From Candidatus Ratteibacteria bacterium (GTDB lineage: Bacteria > Ratteibacteria > UBA8468 > B48-G9 > DTJG01), in the NCBI GenBank assembly GCA_049971295.1, contig JBMFLH010000005.1:1-44458 (forward strand): a stretch of 44,458 nt of DNA, in the 5' to 3' direction. Made by a program: the position numbers and the translations under genes. The notes beneath the pieces are model-generated. The model was not told the origin of the DNA. It did no database searches and saw only the letters and a program-made list of their open reading frames with translations. Of this stretch, positions 18,688 to 27,823 are shown piece after piece (the first letter of the stretch is position 1; the number at the start of each line of letters is the position of its first letter).

Positions 18688-19736
18688 CTCTTCAAATAGG
18701 TGTCAAAGAACTCAAAAGCTTTGCCTGCAGCAAAGCTGTGTTCTCCGGGAAATACTTCAATCCATAGGTTTTCTTCTTTTTCTGCAAGCCGATACGCCCT
18801 TTTTACTTTTTCATGTGCCTGCATAGAAGAATGGAGCCAGAAGCAGGTGTCATTAGCTCCTGACTCAATCAATAGCGGTCGTGGCGCAATGGCGCCAATG
18901 ACATCTCCAACATCAGCATATTGATAAAGTCCAGGGACAAGTTGGCTGCCGCAGAAATTGGGTCTATTGATTGCGTAATGTTCTGTGGTTGTCGCATAAC
19001 AGATGATATCCGCAGCTTTCACCCTGTCGTCAAGAAGTGTGATGTATGTGGTCATTGTGCCACCCTGGGAAAGACCCATGCAACCAATTCTGTCTGGGTT
19101 AACATTTTTTCTCGTTAAAAGAAAGTCAATCGCTCTCATTCCGTCAAAAATATTGCCTCCGAGAAGTGTTCTGCCAAGTATCAGATGTTGAATGAAATAA
19201 ACATTGCATTTGTCTCTGCCCGGAAACACATGATCATTATATCCACATCGTTCACCGAATCCCCTCCAGTCAGGAACGATTGTGATATAACCGCGTCGAG
19301 CCATCATTTCACCATAGTTGTAATTAGCCACATTGATACTGACCTGCCGTTCAGGCTGCCTGAAGTGAACACCGGCAACAGGGTCCTTGCCATAAGGACC
19401 ATGACCATGGCAGCAAAGAATTGCTGGCAATTTTTCTTCGTCTGTTTTTGGGGTTAGAAGATAAAGTGGCATCCAGCAATCTTGTTCGGTTTGAATAATA
19501 TATTTCTCCCGTATAAATGCATCAAGTTCTTCTCTGCTGCACAGCTGTGGTTTGAGTGGAGCCGGTTCAGGAAATTCTCCCAGCAGTTCTTTAATTTTTG
19601 CTTTTAATGTATCTCTCCACTGCTGAAAGAACTTTTTGTCTTTGATTGTTTCAACAGCCATCGCGGGCTTTGTTCGCTTATACAGTTTATAAATAAAATT
19701 GTCAATGACCTGAGGCGCGTCATTATAGTTTGGCAT
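18684..19736 (-). CDS. Alpha/beta hydrolase (dienelactone hydrolase/esterase-like)
   Basis: CHGHG, DWRGFGER, GLSQGG nucleophile elbow, D and GEH; AGGAGAG before ATG 19736. Confidence 0.88.
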   Translation of the reverse strand: MPNYNDAPQVIDNFIYKLYKRTKPAMAVETIKDKKFFQQWRDTLKAKIKELLGEFPEPAPLKPQLCSREELDAFIREKYIIQTEQDCWMPLYLLTPKTDEEKLPAILCCHGHGPYGKDPVAGVHFRQPERQVSINVANYNYGEMMARRGYITIVPDWRGFGERCGYNDHVFPGRDKCNVYFIQHLILGRTLLGGNIFDGMRAIDFLLTRKNVNPDRIGCMGLSQGGTMTTYITLLDDRVKAADIICYATTTEHYAINRPNFCGSQLVPGLYQYADVGDVIGAIAPRPLLIESGANDTCFWLHSSMQAHEKVKRAYRLAEKEENLWIEVFPGEHSFAAGKAFEFFDTYLKR

Positions 19737-19755
19737 GGCACTCTCCTTTTTGTTT

Positions 19756-20151
19756 TTAAATCGTTTCAAGAAGTTCTACGACCTTTTTTATGCTACCCGG
19801 AATCTTGTGAACATAATAAGTATTGGGTACATCAAGGATATTGCGATTGAACTGTTTTTCAGTGAGCGCAGAATAATAGATGACTTTTGTTCTGGTATAT
19901 TCCTGATATTTTCTTAAATACTCTCCAATATTCCCGCCATATCCGAGATTCATCAGGTCAACAATTGCTGCATCAATTCTGGGCTTATTTCTCTCAATAC
20001 CACTCATTGCTGATGCTGCATCTCTGTATTCAATTACTTCAAATCCTTTTCTTTTGCACTCTATCAAGAGTATTTTTCTTATAGTGTCATCATCTTCAAC
20101 GATCATTACTGTTTTTGTTTCGTTATGATTTTGTTTTGTTTCATTTTCCAT
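19756..20151 (-). CDS. Single-domain response regulator receiver protein
   Basis: IVEDD, IVDL (phosphoacceptor Asp), YSA and HK; no output domain. Confidence 0.8.
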   Translation of the reverse strand: MENETKQNHNETKTVMIVEDDDTIRKILLIECKRKGFEVIEYRDAASAMSGIERNKPRIDAAIVDLMNLGYGGNIGEYLRKYQEYTRTKVIYYSALTEKQFNRNILDVPNTYYVHKIPGSIKKVVELLETI

Positions 20152-20193
20152 ATTTCCCCTTTTTGGTCATAAAAATTACCCCCTTAGTTTGGT

Positions 20194-20222
20194 ATTATAA
20201 GACCTATATCGCAGATAGTCAA
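20194..20222 (-). promoter_or_regulatory. Sigma70-type promoter TTGACT-N17-TATAAT
   Basis: -35 at 20222-20217 and -10 at 20199-20194, upstream of the receiver/hydrolase/AsmA-like/isomerase gene run. Confidence 0.75.
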
Positions 20223-20340
20223 AAAATAGGGACCCGGCTATGCATCCTGGAGGGCAGGTGATGTTGCCGGATCCCATCAATGGAGGAACCATTTCAATTG
20301 TTTATTTAACAGACGAATAAGATTGAAAATGGTTTATTCG
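20221..20340 (-). ncRNA. Candidate structured small RNA / attenuator with CCUCC motifs and terminator-like 3' end
   Basis: GC-rich hairpin GGGAUCCGGC...CCUG-CCCUC-CAGG...GCCGGGUCCC followed by UAUUUUUU; upstream stem AACCAUUUUCAAU/AUUGAAAUGGUU; CCUCC linker between them. Confidence 0.45.
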
Positions 20341-20387
20341 GGTTTTCTTAAGAGGAAAAAAGATGTAAAATGTTTTTGGAACTATGA

Positions 20388-21372
20388 ATGAAAAAATTTC
20401 TTATTCAAAAAGATTGATATCCCGGTAGAAAGACCTGTGATAGATAAGCTGCTGGAATTCTGGAACGGGATTTTTGGTACCCAGCATGTTGAAAATCAGA
20501 ATCTTTTTTCAATCCTTTCAGGGAAAGAGAGAAATCATAATAGGGATTTTCTATTTATTGCCCAGCACGGAATAAATATCATTTCAACAGTGCATCTGAC
20601 AGTTAGCAGATTTGATAAAAGACTTGGTGGTATCGGTGAAGTTGCAACATTGAAGCAATGCAGGGGCAGAGGAATTGCGAAAGCGCTTTGCTCCATGGCA
20701 ATCAATACGTTTGAAGACAGTGGCGGAAAATGGCTATTTCTTGGAACTTCAAATCCAGCAGCAAGATTGTATTATTCTCTTGGCTGGCATTACCTTATGG
20801 GAACGAAAATTATGCTCAGAAATTCCAATGGCAAAAACCCTGAAGTTTTTTTCAGTGAATATCTTTCAGCCATCAAAACCAATAAGATTCGGATATTAAG
20901 AGGTGATTCTCGTTTCAGGCTTCAAATCATTCCTCTTATTATCATCCCCTATGACTACCCGGTTCTTGACTTAAATGCGGGACTGTTTTCTGCGCGATGG
21001 TATATACAGCGTTTCTGTATGGGACTTTATCTGCACTACGAAAAACTGGAAGAAAATGGGGCATGGTTTGTTGCAATAAGTGGAAAATTTCTGGTCGGTA
21101 TCGTAAATATAGTGTTTCACGAAAAATACATCGCCCAGATTGATGGATTCTGTATTCCAGGCATTGAGAGAAAAATTATGCCAAATATGTATGGAACAGC
21201 GATTGATTATGCAAAGAAAAACAATGTTTCAGAAATTCATATGGTTGCAGATGCTCTTGATGAGAAAAAGAAACAAATGCTGTTGAAAATTGGCTGTATA
21301 CCGACTGGTGAAAGAGTAAAAGTTGAGTCAAAAGAAGGCATTCTTGATATAATTGTTTATGGATATCGTTAA
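20388..21372 (+). CDS. Tandem-GNAT acetyltransferase; probable +1 frameshift near the 5' end
   Basis: GIGEVAT..CRGRGIA (AcCoA motif) and LYYSLGW. Open from GTG 20437; ATG 20388 joins in frame if one A is removed from the A5 run at 20407-20411. Confidence 0.75.
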
Positions 21373-21383
21373 TAAAAGGAAAT

Positions 21384-22682
21384 ATGCTGAAGAAGATTGA
21401 AAAATATTTTAAGTTTTCTGAAAGAAATACAAACTGGCTCATTGAAGCTCGTGCTGGTTTTACCACATATCTCACAATGGCATATGTTCTTTTTGTCAAT
21501 CCTGTAATCCTGAAAGATGCTGGAGTACCCTTCAATGCCTGTGTTGTTGGTACTGCGTTATCTGCTGGAATAACTTCAATTCTCATGGGGCTTGTTGCCA
21601 ATTTCCCACTGGCTCTTGCTGCGGGAATGGGACTTAACAGTGTTCTTACTTACAGTATCGTTATAGGACAGGGCGTTTCCTGGCAAGTCGGGATGGGTTT
21701 AATCTTCCTTGATGGATTGATTGTGTTTATTCTGGTACTGGTGGGATTGCGCGAGCAAGTGATGAAAGCGATTCCTGTCCCATTGAGGCACGCAATCGCA
21801 GTTGGTATTGGAATGTTTCTTGCTTACATTGGTCTGATGCATTCTGGTATTGTAGTAATAGACAAAAATACTCTTTTACCATCACCTGGAAATTTTTCTG
21901 ACATCTCCACCATTGTTTCGTGCTGCGGTATTATTATCACAGCGGTTTTTGTTGTATTAAGAATCAAAGGTGCAATCATTAATGGCATTCTGATTACAGC
22001 ATTTCTTTCATTTCTTGCCGGACTTTCTAAATTGCCGGATACCATCAATATGCCAGATTTTTCCAGTGCCGGAGCACTTGATATCACCGGTGCTTTAAAA
22101 CTTTCGCTTATTCCTTCCCTTTTTGCATTTATTATTGTTGACTTTTTTGATACACTCGGTACTGTGACTGCGATTGGATACCAGGCAAATCTTGTTGACT
22201 CACAGGGCCGCATTGAAAAGCTTAAGGCAATTCTCGGAATTGATGCTATTGGTGCGATGCTTGGTGGCTTTTTTGGCGCAAGTTCAAACACTTCCTATAT
22301 TGAATCAGCAGCAGGTATTATGGAAGGTGGTAGAACAGGTGTGACTGCGATTATCGTGGGAATACTCTTCATTTTAAGTATCATCATTGCACCATTCGCT
22401 TCTATGATTACATCCCAGGCAACCGCTCCTGCGCTTGTCATCATCGGGTTTTTAATGATGCAGGCAATCACACACATTAATTTCGACCAACTTGACACTG
22501 CAATTCCTGCTTTCATCATTATTCTCACAATGCCTTTCACTTATTCTATCTCACACGGTATTGGATATGGGTTTATTGCTTATACGATTTTGAAAATGGC
22601 AAAAGGCCAGTTCAGGGATGTACATCCTTTAATGTACATCGTTTCTGTAATTTTTGCGGTGTTTTTTCTGGCAGGCAAATGA
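21384..22682 (+). CDS. NCS2 family nucleobase permease (AzgA/PbuG-like)
   Basis: AGFTTYLTMAY..VNP, GMGLN, DFFDTLGT, YIESAAG..GGRTG and PFTYSI; polytopic membrane protein. Confidence 0.93.
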   Translation: MLKKIEKYFKFSERNTNWLIEARAGFTTYLTMAYVLFVNPVILKDAGVPFNACVVGTALSAGITSILMGLVANFPLALAAGMGLNSVLTYSIVIGQGVSWQVGMGLIFLDGLIVFILVLVGLREQVMKAIPVPLRHAIAVGIGMFLAYIGLMHSGIVVIDKNTLLPSPGNFSDISTIVSCCGIIITAVFVVLRIKGAIINGILITAFLSFLAGLSKLPDTINMPDFSSAGALDITGALKLSLIPSLFAFIIVDFFDTLGTVTAIGYQANLVDSQGRIEKLKAILGIDAIGAMLGGFFGASSNTSYIESAAGIMEGGRTGVTAIIVGILFILSIIIAPFASMITSQATAPALVIIGFLMMQAITHINFDQLDTAIPAFIIILTMPFTYSISHGIGYGFIAYTILKMAKGQFRDVHPLMYIVSVIFAVFFLAGK

Positions 22683-22698
22683 TGAAAAGGAGGTGGCA

Positions 22699-24445
22699 AT
22701 GGAACAAATATTCCTTGGAGTACTCGTAATAGGATATGTATTTGTTCTGCCATTGGTTCTTATCATCAATGTGATCAGACTCAATAGAAGAATTGATGAT
22801 ATCAAAAGATATATCGAAAAAAACCTTTAATTTCCTCTGTGGAAAAAGAAAAATTTAAAGAAACTCCTGTGGAAAAAAATCCCTGCCTGAAAGGAAAAGA
22901 GTCCGTGTTAACTGGGAACTTGAAATTGGAAGAAAGTATTACTACTGGATTGGAATATTTATATTTCTTATTGGATTTGGACTATTTCTAAAATACGCAT
23001 TTGAAAATCAGTGGTTTAACGAAACAGTTCGTATCATCATTGGTTTAGTTTCAGGGATCATTTTGGTTTTTCTTGGCAATAAATTCGTTTCCAGGTACAG
23101 AGAATTTTCTCTTGGCCTCACTGGAACAGGCATTGTGATTTTATATCTTTCCATATTTGTTGCGAATAATTTTTACCATCTTATTTCTTATCCAGTGGCA
23201 TTTGGCAACATGCTTGTAATAACTGTGTTCAGCGTGATATTAATGCTCAGGTTTGACAGTATGTTTTTGGGTATACTGGCTTTTATCGGCGGATTTTTTA
23301 CTCCATTGATTTTGAAAGGACCAGAGATGCCATTGTTACAGGCATTTGTGGGATTGGGCGTGTATCTTGCGCTGCTTGATGCAGGGATATTTACAATCAA
23401 TGCTTTCAAGCCATGGCGAGTTTTGATTTTCTTATCATTTTTCTTTACCTATTATATGTGCGGACTATGGATCGACAGATTTTACGAGCACATGGTTTTC
23501 TGGCCTGTTATTGGTGTGCTATCATTTTTCTTTTTCAGTTACCTGTTTTTTCCTTTTTCACCGCTTAACAAGAAGTACGTAATAAGAGAAGTTGATCTTT
23601 TACTGGTCTTTCTCAATAGTAGTGTTTTTGCTGGTTTTGTTTTCTCTCTTACAGAGACTTCGTTTCCTGATTACAAAGGCTTCGCAGCACTCATGCTTGC
23701 ATTTATTCATACGTTTGCTGGGGTGATTCTTAAAAAAACAAAGTACAAAGACCAGGCACTAACGCTTCTTATGCTGGGACTTGCCCTTGTTTTTCTGACT
23801 TTGTGCTTCCCTTTGTATCTGACGCATACTTATATTACGATAGCATGGGTGTGTGAGGGACTTATTCTTTTCTGGCTCGGTTTGAGAATTCCTTCTGTTT
23901 TCATGCGGATTTTTGGATACCTTCTTTTTATTGCATCAATCTGCAGATTCTTTGTATTTGATATCGCATACAGGCTAATTGATATTCCTGTTTTCAATGA
24001 AAGATTTTTTACTGCTTTGAGTATCGTCTGTTGTTTGTTTCTTGCCAGTGGTTTATCTTTGAATAGAAAAGATATCCTGAAAAAAGAGGAAAAATTTTTA
24101 CCTATGGTCATAGCCGGGGTCTCTCATATTGTCCTTTTTGTTTCATTAAGTGTTGAGTTTTATGATGCAATGATAAAAAGTAATTTGTTAAGAACTTTCA
24201 GCCGCGTCGGGCTCAGCATGTTCTGGGGATTGTACGGCGCAATTTTGCTATCCATCGGCATGATACAGAAGATAAAAGTGGTTCGTTATTTTGCTCTGTG
24301 TTATCTGGGGCTGGCTATATTAAAGGTTCTGATTTTTGATTTATTTTTTGCAGGCAAGTTATACAGAATTATTGTTTCCCTGTGCATAGGCATTATTCTT
24401 TTTACTGTGGGATATGTATACCATAGAAAAAAGGAGATATCATGA
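22699..24445 (+). pseudogene. DUF2339-family membrane protein with two apparent single-base deletions near the 5' end
   Basis: Strong RBS AAGGAGGT + ATG 22699, but that frame stops at 22830. The family signature WELEIG..WIG..FLKYAF lies in another frame, open only from 22859. C-terminal LKVLIFDL..YRI. Confidence 0.7.
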
Positions 24446-25716
24446 AGTATCTGTTTTCAATCCTTTTTTTAATTTTTATTTCAGTCACCCTTTCTTTAGC
24501 TGATTTTTCTCCTTCTCACTGGAAATTTGTGAAGAAAATTTATTCTGGCGATGAAAAAGCGGATATTTATGAATTAAAACTTGATACAGAAGTACTTGTA
24601 AATTCAAAGCCCGATCTTTCAGACATCAGAATTATTTCGGATAATCAAAAAGAAATTCCTTATGTAATTTCAATAAAAACCAGTAGGTCCCAAACAATAG
24701 AATATCCTGTAAAACTTTTAAACAAGTCATACATCAATGGAATTCAGACGATAGTTGACATAGATATCGGAAACAATTATCAGGAGCATAACTGCCTCTC
24801 ATTAAATATTTCATCACATAATTATCAGAGGTGGGTTGAGGTTAAAGCAAGAAATGATGGAAAATGGTTCACGCTGATAGACAAAGGGTTTATTTTTGAC
24901 CATTCAATTCCAGAGGCAAATGTTTCTTCCTCAAGCAACATCGTAAGGTATCCCTTAACCAATTTTAGATATCTCCGTGTGATTATTCATGATGAGGGTG
25001 GCAGTCCGCTTGATATTACAGGCGCAAAAATTATGAAGGAAGAAATCATACCAGCAGAACTTATGGAATACAGGATTTCTGTGAAAAATATTGGTGAATC
25101 AAAAGATGGTAAATTTACAGAATACCTGATCGATACAGGAACAAAAAATTTGCCTCACAACAGAATTGATGTTGTTTCAGACGAAAAGAATTTTCACAGA
25201 AAGATAGTGCTAACATTTTATAATGACCAGGATGTTCGGACAAATTTTTCCACTTGTCAGTCCACGATATACTCCTATAGTGGTGCCCGGTATCATGAAA
25301 AGAATTTAACTGTCACATATCCTGAAGCCAGAACAAGGTATATTAAGATTCAACTTTATCATTATGATGATCAACCTTTGAAGATTAAAGGTTTTCATTT
25401 ATATGGCACCGTAAGGGTAATCTCTTTTCCATCTGTTCAGGACATCTCAAATCTGTGTCTTTTTTATGGAAATTCACTGGCAAATCCACCAGTTTATGAT
25501 TTTGCAAAATATCAACGCTATTTGAAAGGCAGGATTGCTATTGTACAGACTGGAAATCAGGAAAATAATCCTTTGTACAGAGCTTCTACTTTTGAAAGAT
25601 TTGAGAAAAATAAAAAAGTTTTTTTGAGCATACTGATGGCAATCGCAGCAATCATATTAGGTATTTTCATTGTGAAAAATCTAAAAGTATTATATCACAA
25701 CCTTATTTTACCCTAA
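24442..25716 (+). CDS. DUF3999-like exported protein with C-terminal TM anchor
   Basis: Signal peptide, DLSDIRI...EIPY, LFYGN...PVYD and a C-terminal TM helix; ATGA overlap with the DUF2339 gene, its usual partner. Confidence 0.65.
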   Translation: MKYLFSILFLIFISVTLSLADFSPSHWKFVKKIYSGDEKADIYELKLDTEVLVNSKPDLSDIRIISDNQKEIPYVISIKTSRSQTIEYPVKLLNKSYINGIQTIVDIDIGNNYQEHNCLSLNISSHNYQRWVEVKARNDGKWFTLIDKGFIFDHSIPEANVSSSSNIVRYPLTNFRYLRVIIHDEGGSPLDITGAKIMKEEIIPAELMEYRISVKNIGESKDGKFTEYLIDTGTKNLPHNRIDVVSDEKNFHRKIVLTFYNDQDVRTNFSTCQSTIYSYSGARYHEKNLTVTYPEARTRYIKIQLYHYDDQPLKIKGFHLYGTVRVISFPSVQDISNLCLFYGNSLANPPVYDFAKYQRYLKGRIAIVQTGNQENNPLYRASTFERFEKNKKVFLSILMAIAAIILGIFIVKNLKVLYHNLILP

Positions 25717-25961
25717 GAATTTATCAAGAAATGTAAAAACCATTGATAAACAATGGATTTAACAATTTCCAGAAAAACCTGACAAGGATTTTTTAAGCCC
25801 AAAACTTAAAGAACCCAAGAGAAAAAATTGAATTGAGGGCTCCTTAAAAATTGTTTTTAACGAGTTTCAGTTAGGATTTACGTAGTTGATTTCCTTATAT
25901 ATACATTCTACCATGAATTTGGAAAAAGTGGTAGAATTAAAAAGGTCATAAAGGGGGAAAG

Positions 25962-26744
25962 ATGCAAAAGACAATTAGAATTATGCCGTGTCTTGACATG
26001 CAGCATGGCAGGGTTGTTAAGGGAGTTCATTTTGTGGATATTAAAGATGTGGCAGATCCGGTGGAATGTGCGATTGTATATTGCAAACAGGGTGCTGATG
26101 AAATAGCCCTTCTTGATATTACTGCGACAATAGAGGGAAGATCCACATTGATTGATGTTGTACGAAAAGTGGCAGAGGTCGTTACAGTTCCATTTACTGT
26201 TGGCGGTGGAATTTCTGATATGAAAATTGCTGAATCAGTGATAAATGCTGGTGCTGATAGGATTTCAGTTGCTTCTGCAGGTTTTAGAAATCCTGATTTA
26301 ATAAAACAACTTGTGAAAGAGTTTGGCCCTGAAAGAGTGACAGTTGCGATTGATGTTGATTACAATCCTGCAGTACCATCCGGTTATGAGGTGTACATAG
26401 ATGGTGGAAGAACACCAACAGGAAGGGATGCTGTTGAGTGGGCAAAGGAAGTAGATGGTTATGGAGTGTCAGTAATACTTCCGACAAGTAAGAGGGGTGA
26501 TGGAGCACGTCTTGGTTATGACCTGCCTATTATCAGGGCACTGAAAAAAGAGGTCTCTGCAGAAATTGTTGCTTCAGGAGGGGCAGGTAATCTTGAGGAC
26601 TTTTATGATGCAGTAGAAGCAGGTGCCACAATACTTCTTGCCGCAAGTGTTTTTCACTTTAGAATTATTTCTATACCTGCTCTTAAATCATATCTAAAAT
26701 CAAGAGGAGTGCCTGTTATTGAACGATCCTTGGAGGCAGAATGA
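25962..26744 (+). CDS. hisF: Imidazole glycerol phosphate synthase cyclase subunit
   Basis: IMPCLD..GRVVKGV, GADEI..LDITA, VGGGI, VAID, DG..GYD, ASGGAG and LAASVFH. Confidence 0.9.
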   Translation: MQKTIRIMPCLDMQHGRVVKGVHFVDIKDVADPVECAIVYCKQGADEIALLDITATIEGRSTLIDVVRKVAEVVTVPFTVGGGISDMKIAESVINAGADRISVASAGFRNPDLIKQLVKEFGPERVTVAIDVDYNPAVPSGYEVYIDGGRTPTGRDAVEWAKEVDGYGVSVILPTSKRGDGARLGYDLPIIRALKKEVSAEIVASGGAGNLEDFYDAVEAGATILLAASVFHFRIISIPALKSYLKSRGVPVIERSLEAE

Positions 26745-27763
26745 AGGCGATGGTGATCGAAAAGGTTGTTGATGTTCTGCAGGAAGAGCCACTAAAATTT
26801 GTTGATATGCCTGTACCATCACCAGAAGAAGGACAACTTCTTATTAAAATAAACGCCTGCGGTGTGTGCAGGACAGACATGGATGAAATGGAAGGAAGAA
26901 GTTTGCCTTCATTTTTCCCAATCATTCCGGGGCATCAGGTCGTAGGAAGGATTGTTGAATCAAAAAACTCATCAAGGTTCAAAACCGGAGACCGGGTTGG
27001 AGTTGGCTGGATTTATAAGTCCTGTGGAAAATGTAAGTATTGTAATGAAGGATATGAAAACCTCTGTGACTTTTTTCAAGCCGCTGGCAGGGATGCAAAT
27101 GGTGGTTATGCTGAATATATGGTGGCTTATGAAGATTTTGTTTACAAAATTCCCGAAGGGTTTTCTGACATTGAAGCTGCGCCATTATTGTGCGCAGGTG
27201 CAATTGGCTGGCGTTCTTTGCGACTGACAGGGATAAAACAATCTGGTGTAATTGGACTTTATGGTTTCGGCGCTTCAGGTCACATTGTAATCCAGATTGT
27301 AAAATGTTTGTACGGTGATACAAAGGTATTTGTATTTACCCGTTCTAAAAAAGAACAGAATCTTGCGCTCCAATTTGGTGCCAGCTGGGCGGGTCAGATT
27401 ACAGACAGACCACCAGAACTTCTGGATGTTGCCATTGATACAACCCCTGCATGGCTTCCTGTGCTTGAAGCACTTAAAAATATTAAAAAGGGCGGCCGTC
27501 TTGTGATTAATGCCATAAGAAAAGAGAATCATGATAGAGAGATTATGAAAGAAATTGAATACGAAACCCATCTCTGGATGGAAAAAGAAATCAAATCAGT
27601 TGCCAATGTCTGCCGCAGAGATATTGCTGAATTTTTACAGATTGCAGTAAACATTCCAATCAAACCACAAATAACAACTTATTCTCTTAAGGATGCAAAT
27701 CAGGCATTAAGAGATTTGAAAACCGGGACAATTCCAGGAGCAAAAGTTCTTGTGATGGATTGA
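26741..27763 (+). CDS. Zinc-dependent alcohol dehydrogenase family protein
   Basis: CGVCRTD, PGHQVVG, CGKCKYC..ENLC, LLCAG and GLYGFGASG. Confidence 0.92.
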   Translation: MKAMVIEKVVDVLQEEPLKFVDMPVPSPEEGQLLIKINACGVCRTDMDEMEGRSLPSFFPIIPGHQVVGRIVESKNSSRFKTGDRVGVGWIYKSCGKCKYCNEGYENLCDFFQAAGRDANGGYAEYMVAYEDFVYKIPEGFSDIEAAPLLCAGAIGWRSLRLTGIKQSGVIGLYGFGASGHIVIQIVKCLYGDTKVFVFTRSKKEQNLALQFGASWAGQITDRPPELLDVAIDTTPAWLPVLEALKNIKKGGRLVINAIRKENHDREIMKEIEYETHLWMEKEIKSVANVCRRDIAEFLQIAVNIPIKPQITTYSLKDANQALRDLKTGTIPGAKVLVMD

Positions 27764-27823
27764 AGGTTCTTATTGTATTTTTGAAGTGAAGCAAAAGGTT
27801 AACATCCTAACAGCATGCAAACA

